A stretch of DNA of 64,000 nucleotides from Dictyostelium discoideum (Eukaryota), in NCBI GenBank assembly GCA_000004695.1, contig CM000150.2, positions 480,001-544,000 on the forward strand, read 5' to 3'. Positions 13,510 through 27,665 of the stretch are shown piece after piece (position 1 is the stretch's first letter; the number at the start of each line of letters is the position of its first letter). The notes beneath the pieces were generated by a model. The model saw only the letters and a list, made by a program, of their open reading frames with translations, was not told where the DNA came from and did not search any database. The position numbers and the translations under genes are program-made.

Positions 13510-14666
13510 CATTACAATTATTAAATTTTAAAATATTATTAAATAATCAAAATTTAATTAATAAATTAATGGAGGTAATGGTAAAGAGGTTAAGTGGTAA
13601 TTTAAGTATACCAAATGTGTTTATTAGAAATTGGGTAAAGTTATCAGTTGGTTCAGTGATTGTATTCTTTGGTATTAAATATTCTTATGATAATTTCGAT
13701 TCATTCAAACAATCTGCATTCGATATTAGGGATGCATTCATTAGATTCTATCATGAGCATTTGGAAGAGCCTCTATTGAATATTTGGAATGTGATTAGAT
13801 ACGATAAGAAGTCACTGCAATTGGCAGACCCTGCATCATTGCAATCTTCAATTGACTCATTGGGCAGAATGGTTATCGACTATAATATAGACAGAAACCA
13901 TCTCGATATCAATTCAACCGAAACTAGACAACACCTATTCCAATTGGCATCGCGTGGTGACATTTCATCCATTATGAAATCCTACGAATCTAATATCAGA
14001 TCGCCATTACAGAATATCCTATTCGGCGATATGATTAGATTAATATTAATTCAAATTCAAAAGGAGAAAGTTGACGTAGACAAAGCAATGGTTGCAATCG
14101 ATAAGTTACTCCAAGCCAACGAACTAAACTTCCAATTGCTCGCTGCTATACCCTCTGCTATCTTTTTGGCTTTATTAATTTGGCAAATTAAAAAGTTATT
14201 CACTAATCAAAAGAAAACTTTACCCTATTCACAATTAGTAATCTTTCAAACTTTAAGAAAAATTAATCGTACTTTAATTTTAAATAATACTCAAGATCAA
14301 CAAAATAATAATTTACCAAATTTCATTTCACCATTATTATTAACTCAAATTAATATTTTAAATTATTCAACAATTATTAATAATCAAGATAATAATAATA
14401 ATATTAATAATATTAATAATAATAATAATAATAATAATAATCAATTAATTAAAACTCAATTTAAACCATTTGAAAAATATGGTACAATTTTAATTTCAAC
14501 AAATAAATTAAGAAGTCATCAAAGATTTGTTAGAGAAAATACTGAAAGTCAATGGTTTAATCAAGATGTTCATGATTTAGAATCTGAGGCTTTATCAAAT
14601 CAAGATAAAATTCAAACTATAAATAGAATGTTTCAAACTTATTCTTTTTTAAAGAATATTAAATAA
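11895..14666 (+). CDS. Hypothetical 923-aa protein with long poly-Q/poly-N tracts and a conserved C-terminal domain ending in a hydrophobic segment
   Basis: Single long ORF from ATG 11895. Contains a (CAA)29 poly-Q tract and a complex C-terminal region (...[29 protein letters not shown]...[19 protein letters not shown]...). A weak resemblance to NCA2-type proteins is speculative. Confidence 0.55.
13425..13508 (+). repeat. (CAA)n microsatellite encoding a poly-Q of about 29 residues inside the 11895..14666 CDS
   Basis: Uninterrupted caa repeats seen directly in the sequence. Confidence 0.9.
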
Positions 14667-15056
14667 TAGAATAATAAAAAAATAAAAAAATTATAAAAAA
14701 ATTAAAAAATTACAATTGTAATGTTTCGATGTCACGTCACACGCATGGGTAATAAAATTATTTTTTTTAATTTTTTTTTTTTTTTCCCAAAAATAAATTT
14801 TTAAATACACAGTCACCATTTTGTTTTAATAATATCGGTGTGGTTTGAGTCAAATTAAAAAAAAAATAAAAAAAAATATTATTTTTTTTTATTTTTTTAT
14901 TTTTAATTTTTTTTTTCTTTTTTTTTTTTTTTTTTTTTTTTTTTTGGTTTTTTTAAAAAACAGTAATAACACATTCAAAAATATAAGATATTTTATATAT
15001 GTAGTTAATTAAAAACTACAGAATTTCGAATATATATTTATATATTTATATATTTT

Positions 15057-15087
<31 letters not shown>

Positions 15088-15109
15088 ATTTTCTTTTTCT
15101 GTATAAAAA

Positions 15110-18317
<3,208 letters not shown>

Positions 18318-18394
18318 AATAAAATAAAATAAAATAAAAATAAAATAAAAATAATAATAACAATAATAATAATATATTTTTAAAAATTTATTTA

Positions 18395-18480
18395 TTTATT
18401 TAATTTATTTAATTTATTTAATTTATTTAATTTATTTAATTTATTTATTTATTTTATTTATTTTTTATTTATTTAATTTA
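18395..18480. repeat. Minisatellite, about 9 copies of tttatttaa, between the convergent 3' ends of ireA and the ankyrin-kinase gene
   Basis: atttatttaatttatttaatttatttaa... seen directly. Lies in the 200-bp gap between the two stop codons. Confidence 0.7.
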
Positions 18481-18515
18481 TTTTTATATTTATTTATTTT
18501 TTTTTTTTTTTTTTT

Positions 18516-20338
18516 TTATTCATCAACTCCTATAAAACCTTTAGCATAATTAATTTTTAATTTTTCATTATAAACAAAAGGACTTACAAATGTTGAGTCT
18601 TTTGATTCTTTGTATTTTTTTTCAATCATTTTAGCTATTTTATGTTGTCTAATAACTTGATCAGAATAATCATCATCAATGTTTATCTTATTGAAAATTG
18701 AATTCCATTTTTCTTTTTTTGAATGGTAGATTGATTCCATTTCACTTAATTTTTCAAAAGCTTCACATGCACTTGGACGATCATAATCATTATGACTAAG
18801 CATTGAATAGATTAAATCACTTATTGGCAATGGAATTGAATCATGTAAAATTGGTCTAAGGAAATTGCGGACTCCATTATTTATTTGGGAATTTTCCCTA
18901 AGATTTCCAAAAGGATAAATATATTTCACTCCAATATATGGTATTGATGCACAAATTTCAAATAAAACAACACCCAATGCGAAAATATCAGTTTTAGTAT
19001 TTGCAACACTGTTGGAGGTGGCTTCAGGTGGTTGAAAACTTGATGTTCCAGCAAATTTCCTTAAGGTCTCTAGGTTTTCTGTTGAAAAAAAACGTGCAGT
19101 ACCAAAATCACAAACTTTAATTAAACCATTATCATTTACCAAAAAATTTTTAGATTTTAAATCTCTGTGAATTAAAGGACCATTTGGATTGGTGTGGATA
19201 TCATAAGCGCAATGAACCACACCAAAGGCATACCTAAAGAATTGATCAAATGATGTCATCTTTTCATTTCTTAAAACATCAAATAGAGTACCCTTTGAAC
19301 AATACTCTAAGAATAGGAATAAAGATTTTTCTTTATAGAAATAACCATATAAACCAACTGTTGATGGAGTTTGTGATAAGGACATTGATTCAACTTCTTT
19401 AACCACTTCATCTTTATTTGATTTATTTACTTCGCACTTTTTAACAGCACAGACTTTTTTTCATCTCCAATGGTATAATTTAATTTATAAACTTCACCAA
19501 ATGATCCTCTACCAATAAAATCGGTTAAAAGAGTACTATTAAAAGATTCAAATTGAAGGCATTTCTGTAATGGTGGTGCATCCTTTCCTTCAATCAATGG
19601 TTGAATTCTTGACATATTAACTGGAAAATAATGAAGTAAAAAACTATTAAATGATGGTGATTTTATAATATTCATTGAACGAATACCTAAAATTTCAAAC
19701 AATACAAATGTTCGAGCATGACAAAGGACCATAAAATTAGTAAAGGTTTTGATGATATTACTAATTTCAGTAACCATAATTAATAATGGACCATTTTTAT
19801 AAATCTCTTTCATCTTCATACCTGGGTCCCTCTTGATTGAACTATTTTTATCTTCAAGATATGGTTTTGCACCAAAAGCTAAAAGAATTTTGATAATATT
19901 TTCATCTTTAAGTTTTATTGCTAAATGAAGTGGAACAGATAATCTATTATTTCTTATGTTTGGATCTGCTCCACAAACCAATAATGCTGCAATAACTGGG
20001 GCACTTTCTGATTTTAAAGTTTTTAAGGCAATGTGAATTGCTGTATTACCATTATAGTATTGATAATTTAAATCAACATTCATTGCGGAGAGTTTACAAA
20101 AAAATGTAACATAATTTTTAAATAATTCAATTTTAGTTTGTTTTTCATCAAAGATTTTATTCCATTCCGATTCCATACTACTATTTGAATTACCCAATAT
20201 TGATGAGATTGATGGTAATGATTTTGGATTGATAATTGAATAATAAAGTATATTTGACTTTAAACTAGTTAAATTATATAAGTATCACAATATAAAATTA
20301 ATAAATAATATATTTATGTGTAATAAAATATTATATAG

Positions 20339-20388
<50 letters not shown>

Positions 20389-20958
20389 ATTATAAAAATA
20401 ATAATAATTATAAAAATAATAATAATAAACTTACTTTTCATTTTTATAAAAAACTTCTTGCAATAAATCAAGTTTTTCAATCAAAACTAATAAACTATTC
20501 AATTTATTGACGTCAGTTATTTTATCAATTGTTTCTCTAATTAAGTTAATAAATCCTTTGATAAAAACTGGGTTGAATCTGTTTTGATTTGAAATCAATA
20601 AATTGATTGCTTCTAATTCCAATCCATTTAAATAGTAGGTTTTAAATTTTTTAAATAATACCAATAGATTTAAATCTTTCTTAAATTCTTCCATTTTTTC
20701 ATTTTCCTTAAAAGATATTAATTTTCCATTAACTTTCACACCATTATCTTTTGTTTTTATATTGGTTTTATGAGTGATTTTAAATTTTTTTTTTTTATAA
20801 ATTATATAATCTTCAAACATATTTAAATCATCTGTTTTAGAACCAATAATTATCTGATCTTCATTAAAAGTTTCCTTTGGAGGAATTATTGACTTTAACT
20901 TGGATTTTAAATTATTTATACTTTTTTTTAATTCAAATTTATTTTTATCTTGATTTTC

Positions 20959-21033
<75 letters not shown>

Positions 21034-21192
21034 TTCATTATTATTATTTTGATTTTCCTTATTATTTTTATTATTATTAATTATATTTTGATTTTCATTA
21101 TTATTAATATTTTGACTATCATTATTATTTATATTTTGATTTTCATTATTATTTATATTTTGATTTTCATTATTATTTATATTTTGATTTTC

Positions 21193-21264
<72 letters not shown>

Positions 21265-21319
21265 ATTATTTTTATTATTAATATTATTTTTATTATTTTT
21301 ATTATTATTATTATTATTG

Positions 21320-21381
<62 letters not shown>

Positions 21382-21561
21382 ATTATTATTATTAATTCCA
21401 ATTATACTTTCATTTTTTTTTTTGTCTGGATCTATTACTAAACATTGGAGTAATATTTTTGATGAGATGAAATTATTTAATAATTCATAATTTTGGAAAT
21501 TTACCAAATTACCAAATTTTTTTTGGAAATTTTGGAAATCTTTTTCAATTTCCTTTTGCAT
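18516..21561 (-). CDS. N-rich ankyrin-repeat protein kinase (TKL-like), merged model complement(join(18516..20264,20435..21561)); a -1 frameshift in an A7 run at 19455..19461 breaks the kinase domain in this assembly
   Basis: ORF 20431..21561 ends ...EVFYKNE-AA|GTAAGT. After a 170-nt AT-rich intron ending AACTAG, the frame continues without a stop (NLKSNILYYSIINPKSLPSISSILGNSNSSMESEW...) into the ankyrin repeats (GNTAIHIALK..., SVPLHLAIKLKDENIIKILLAFGAKP). Kinase subdomains follow: GRGSFGEVY, VCAVKK (only if one extra A is present in the A7 run), HRDLKSKNFLV, DFGTAR. Confidence 0.6.
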
Positions 21562-21578
21562 TTTACTTTTTTTTTTTA

Positions 21579-21639
<61 letters not shown>

Positions 21640-22700
21640 AATTATTGTGATTATTAGAATGAGTGTTATACTTTAAATGAATGCTTTTGTATTTATGATT
21701 TATAAAAATAATATTGAGGTGTTTTTTTTTTTTTTTTTTTTTATACAAAAAAAGAATTAAAATAATTTGATATTGAAAAAAAATAAAAAAAAATTAAAAT
21801 AATTTGATATTGAAAAAAAAATAAAAAAAAATTAAAATTAAAATAAATAAATAAATAAATAAATTAAATATACAAAACTTAGCACATACCTAATATAACA
21901 TCAATATATCGCTTTCAAAAAAAAAAAAACAAAAAAAAAAGATACTCATGGGGGTAATTGTATCATGGGGTTAGTTGTTGAAAAAAATGAGCACTTTGTT
22001 AGTGTGTATTTTTCTTTTTTTTTTGTTGATGTTACAAATTGGAATGATGCATCTCATTAAAACTTCTTTTTATATAATTACAAAAAATTTATTCCCGAAA
22101 TGGTATTTTTTTTTTATCACAGTGGCTACTGTAATAAGGAATTAGTGGTTGAAAAAAAAAATACATTGTGTGTGTAATTTTTTTTTTATAGAAATGTTTT
22201 TTTTTTTGATAGTGGTTATTGTTTTGATTAATTTTTTTTTTTTATTTGGTGGTGGGAATTGTTTTGATAATTTTTTTTTTTTTTTTTTTGGTAGTGGGAA
22301 TAGTATAGATTATTATTAGTTTTTTATTTTTTTATTTATTTTTTTTTTTTAAAAATTAATACCTCCAATTTTTATTATTTATTTTTTTTTATTTTTTTTA
22401 TATAGTTCTACTATTTGTAGGTGCCCCTAAAATTAAAATAAATAATAATTGAAATTTATCAGTTTTGTTTTGCTAATCATTTATTTTTTTGAGGAAAAAG
22501 AGTATATCTCAAATTTTAAGATTTATATTTTTCATATAATGTAATTACCCAAGCGGGGTATTTTTTTTTTTTTAAATATACAATTTATTTTTTAATAATA
22601 TTATATAATATTTTTTTTTTTAATTTTGAAATTAAAAAATACTTTTTATTCGCAATATAATAAAAATTATATTATACCTTAAATATGGGTGGACAAGTTT

Positions 22701-22739
<39 letters not shown>

Positions 22740-22909
22740 CTTTTCATTTTGTTTAAACTCATTTTAATACAAACAAATAATAAAAATAAATAATTTAACC
22801 AAAAATAATATTGGTTTGTTATATTAATTATCTCTTTTTTTAAAAAATAGATACACCATTAATAATTTTAATAATAATTATTTATATTAAAATTATTATT
22901 GTTATTATT

Positions 22910-23400
22910 ATAGATTAGAATACAACATCACCAATAATAGTAATCATTCGTAGAAAATCACCAATTATGAAAGATTCAAAGTATTGAACATCTTGTTGTG
23001 ATTCCACCCTTCGTACTCCTGTTAAAACTCCAACTAAAGGTTCCACTACTACTGTTTCAGTAGTAACTAATACCCAACTATAGTGCTTCAATTACCGCTC
23101 CAACTGCTCCAAAACCAGTTTCTCGTAGTACAACCCGTAGCTTAACTAATGCACCCATCAATGCAGTCAATAGTGAAGATCTTCCATTAATCTAAACGGT
23201 AATTCAGCAAACCCCATAGTGTTACCTGTAGTACAGTAATATGGCCAGTAATTAGGCGAATCCCGTACTGAGGACTGTAATGTAGCCCTTACCGCAGCCT
23301 GCAATGCAGCCCATATTGAATCACCTTATCCTCATGAGTCATTTTAATTGGTATTCCTCTCATTATTTCCGCCCACTTCCCCAAAGTTATAATTAGTATT
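22910..23400. other. Island at about 42% G+C with decayed coding-like signal and no ORF of 60 aa or more on either strand; putative gene relic of unknown origin
   Basis: Base composition differs sharply from the flanks (under 20% G+C). Short open stretches encode S/T/P-rich (ASITAPTAPKPVSRSTTRSLTNAPINAVNSEDLPLI) and Cys-containing peptides, interrupted by stops in every frame. Confidence 0.3.
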
Positions 23401-23466
23401 TCAAAAAAAAAAATTCAAAAATAAACAACAAATAATTATTTAAAAATGTTTTTAAATTCTTAGGGT

Positions 23467-23525
<59 letters not shown>

Positions 23526-23985
23526 GTTTGGGAGTGTTAGTGTGCTATATTTTATTTGTTTTTTCAATTTTTTTTATTTAAAATAAAGTTAATGTTTTTG
23601 ATTTTTTTCAATATTTTTTTTGTCTAAATTTGGGGAAGTGGGTGTTTTTTCAAATAGTTATTGTTTTATGAGTGTTTTTAAGTGGTTGAGTGTGATGTAA
23701 TTTTTAATTTTTGTTATTTTAAAAAAATACAAATTGTTTTTGATAGTGTGTTGGTATGTGTTTTTATTTATTGTGTGTTTTTATTTGTTAAAATAAATAA
23801 AAAAAAAAAATAAAACATAATTTTTAATTTATTTTTTATTTTCATTTGTCAATATTAAAATTTACCAGTATAATAATTTATTATTTTTATCATTCTTGAA
23901 GACAGGAAAAAATAAAAAATTAATTATTTCTTTTATTATTTATTAAAAAAATAAAAAACTAAATCTGATTTTAAATAGTTTTACA

Positions 23986-26744
23986 ATGGAGAAAAAATTA
24001 TTAATAATAGTTATCATCTTTTTATTTTCAATTATCCAAGTATTTTGTAGAATTGATTCTAGTATGTATTAAACAAAAAAAAAAAACCAAAGTTTTAATA
24101 ATTTTTTAAAAAACATATTGTATTAATAATAAAAAACTTTAAATGAAAAATAGAAACATTTGTAATTTCAAATGAAACATTCCTATCATACCATTTTCCA
24201 GTTGGTAGTGAATATTTTTCATCATTAAATTTTGAACTTTTAGTAGGGCCATCATTTCAATTGGATTTTTAATGTATTACTTTCAATAGTACATTTTGTT
24301 TTTCAAAAATTGATCAAGAAAATAAAAAACAATTGTATGGTAAATCCATTACCTACTCAACACAAGAAACCTATGATTTGGATAAAAAAAGGCTACCAAC
24401 TCCAATAGTTTCTTCACCTTTCCAAAAACCAACAAAAGGTGGAACCTCAATTTTAAAAGGTACTTATTTAACATTTTTTGAAAAAAATTATTATGAAGTT
24501 ATCTACCCAGAAAAACAAACAATTGATATTTTGAATTCAAAATCATTATAATTCGATGCAACAAATGTTAAAGTTAATTGTCCACCTGGTTGTGGTTATC
24601 AAATAATTAAATGTGAGAATGGTAAATTATTTAATTTTAGTTATTCAAATCCATCAGTATTTGATTATAAAATAAATTCATCAAATATTATTGTAAATGG
24701 ATCTGATTTTTGTGATAGTTCTTATTCTTCAAATATTACAATTGATGGTGTTATCATTCCAAATTCAAATTATCAAAAAGATGAAGACTCAATTGTAATT
24801 ATTTATACTCAACAACATACAACCAAATCATTAATGAAAATAGAAACAAGCAATGTAACATCTGTTGAAATTGAAATTGTTTTTAAATCAGAACCATTAA
24901 TAATAAATTCAATTCCATATAGTAAAGGTGGTTTAATTATTTTAGAAGGTTTAAGATTATCTTCAAATACAAATAAAAACAATAATAACAATATAATTAT
25001 TAAAATTGGAAATACAACATGTTCAAATGCAATTTCAATATCAAATGAATCAATCACATGTAATTTAAATCCGGGTATAAATAAATCAGTTACTTTAAAT
25101 AATTTACCAGTTTCAGTTACAATTAATAATATTACAAATGAAAATACATTATTATTTAATTATGGTATGGTCAAATTAAATCCAAATAAATATAGTTTAC
25201 CAGATCGTGTTTTACAATTAAATGGTGATTGTCTCGGAAATTCAAATAGTACTATTGTTTATTTAAATGGAAAAGAAACATTATTAAATGATTTAAAAAT
25301 AAATAACCAAGAAACAACTTTATCATTTAAAATACCAGATGAATTTAAATCAAAATTAAATGTTTCAATCAAGGTAAATGATATTTTATCAAATGAAATT
25401 CAAATTGATATTTCATTTTATGCAAGTCATTCAAATGAACAACCAAGTACAAATGGTAAAACAAATATTATATTCACATTATATAATATTAAATCTGAAA
25501 ATTATAATAAAATACCATCAATTATTATAATTCCTGAACAAATTGTAATAAATGGTGTTTCAGTAAATTCACCAACCAATCAAGATGTTCATTCGTATTC
25601 ATTTTTAATTCCAGCTGGGTGTGGTAAAAAAGATATTCAAATTATAATTGGTAGTCAATCATGTTTGTCATCAATTACATACTTTGAACCAATTATTAAA
25701 AATTGTTTAGTATCAGGTTTTGATGGTACAAATGGAAATATAATTTGTGATGGTAGTTTTGGTAATAAAGATTATTTAATTAAATCATCTGTACTATTTT
25801 CAAATGATGAAATTGTACCACCATCAATCAATAGTACAACATTTTCGTTCCCTCTAATATCAGGTTATCACAGTGATGATTTAATTTTTCAAATGTGCGG
25901 TGTTCAAAGTAAACCATTTAAATTAAACATCTCACCATCATTAAAAGGAATCAATCACAGTCAAATGGAAACATTAGGTGGTAAATTTTACATTCTTGGT
26001 GAATTCTTTAGTGCAAATATAAATTGTAGTGTATTTTGCAATGATAAAGAATATGAAAAACATTTTGAAAACTCAAAGACGATTTCATTCGATTTACAAA
26101 TTCCAGGTCCAAATGATATTACATGTAATTATACATTTGATAATGGAAAAAATACTGGTGATTTTAAGATTGAATATCCTTTACCATTAATAGAAAATAC
26201 GAGCTCAATAAATGTAAATGGTGGAAATTTAACAATTTATGGTAAAAACTTTTATAATATTTCAAATATCAAAGTTGAAGTTGATAATCAATTAAAATGT
26301 AATAATATTGAATTTATTAATTTAAATAGTTTAACCTGTTTCTTACCACCATTTAATGAAACAAGAAAACAACCATTATTTAATGATCAAAAACTATTAT
26401 TAAATTCATCAACAACTATTTTTAGCAAAAAATTATTATTAAATGTTACATTTGAAAGTAAAACATGGAGTGGATATATTTTTCAATATTCAAAAGAAGA
26501 AATAAAAAATAATGGTACAAGTGAAAATTCAACCAATGATATTTTAAATCATGAAAAAAATAATAATAATCAGAAAGATGGAAGTAGTTTAAGTAAAAAA
26601 AGTATAATATTATTATCAATATTATTACCTGGTTTTATTATTTTAATAGTTTCTTTAACAATTGTTATTCTTGTAATTAAAAAAAATAAAACAAAACATA
26701 GTAAAAATATGTCACCAAAAGAGAAAGAATTAATGAAACAATAA
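23986..26744 (+). pseudogene. tgr-like IPT/TIG membrane glycoprotein, array copy 1, pseudogene: in-frame TAA at 24270..24272 and 24549..24551, plus a Trp-to-Cys change
   Basis: Same exon structure as copies 2-4 (exon 1 23986..24061, exon 2 from 24154). LDFECIT is replaced by LDF*CIT (gaa to taa) and SLSFDAT by SL*FDAT (tca to taa). IKWENG is replaced by IKCENG. The distal 636 codons (24834..26744) remain open. Confidence 0.75.
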
Positions 26745-27059
26745 TAGTAGCAATAAAAATAATTTAATAATTATTAAATTATTAATTTATTATTTATATT
26801 TAATAATTAATATTATTTGTAATAGGGAAATGGGCATCTTCAAATATTTTTTATTTCTCTGATCATAAATTTGAACCTGACCGATTTTTTTCCAAATTTC
26901 AATTTCACATTCTCCCAACTCAACAAAAAGATATTACTTAAAAAACTATAAAATTATATCGAATAACAATTTTTAAAAAATAGTAATAATAAAAAAAAAA
27001 AAGAAACATTCAATAATAATAATGATTGAAAAGATGTTTTTAAATTGTTGATTGTTTAG

Positions 27060-27137
27060 AAGTTTGTATTTTTTTTTGAAAATCCAATTTTAACTTTAAA
27101 ATACAATTTAATGTTTTTGATAGTGTGTTTTTTATTT

Positions 27138-27171
<34 letters not shown>

Positions 27172-27660
27172 AATGTGTGTTAGTGTACTATGTTTTATTA
27201 GTTATGTGAGTTTGTTGTGTTTTTTCAATTTATTCTATTTAAAATAAAGATAATGTTTTCGATAGTGTGTTATTTTTCAATATTTGTCTAAGTTTGGAGA
27301 AGTGGGTGTTTTTTTCAAATAATTATTGTTTTATGAGTGTTTTTAAGTGGTTAAGTGTGATGAAATTTTTTATTTTTTGTTATTTTAAAAAAATACAAAG
27401 TGTTTTTGATAGTGTGTTAGTGTGTGTTTTTATTTAATTTATTTTTATTCAATTTTTTTAATTATTTTTTAATATTGTATAAATAAATAATAAAAAAAAA
27501 TAAAACATTATAATTTTTAATTTATTTTTTATTTTCATTTGTCAATATTAAAATTTACCAGTATAATAATTTATTATTTTTATCATTCACCAACAAATAA
27601 TAAAAAAAATTAATTATTTGTTTTAAAATATTAAAAAATTAAATCTGATTTTAAATAATT
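27060..27660 (+). promoter_or_regulatory. Conserved 5' module of the tandem units, present at about 23460..23985, 27060..27665, 30740..31340 and 34600..35176, containing repeated GT-rich boxes (putative G-box/GBF-type developmental elements)
   Basis: Blocks such as ggagaagtgggtgttttttt, gtttttgatagtgtgttagtgtgtgttttt and gtggttaagtgtgatg recur in the same order before each copy, embedded in otherwise A/T-only DNA. The TTTTGATAGTGTG motif occurs about three times per unit. Confidence 0.35.
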
Positions 27661-27665
27661 TTACA

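Noticed and set aside
20176-20197. MGNSNSS N-myristoylation start of ORF 19427..20197
   Set aside because: The 'M' is a TTG codon. The frame is open upstream to a canonical acceptor that joins it to ORF 20431..21561, so it is an internal exon.
20950-21441. Long poly-I/poly-Y/poly-V ORFs, e.g. 20877..21441+, 4914..5132-, 12383..12613-, 16408..16611-, 41689..42307+, 40796..41083+, 47755..48064 and 48203..48624
   Set aside because: These are antisense or out-of-frame readings of (AAT)n, (CAA)n and (GAAAAT)n tracts that encode poly-N, poly-Q or EN repeats on the true coding strand. No independent coding evidence.
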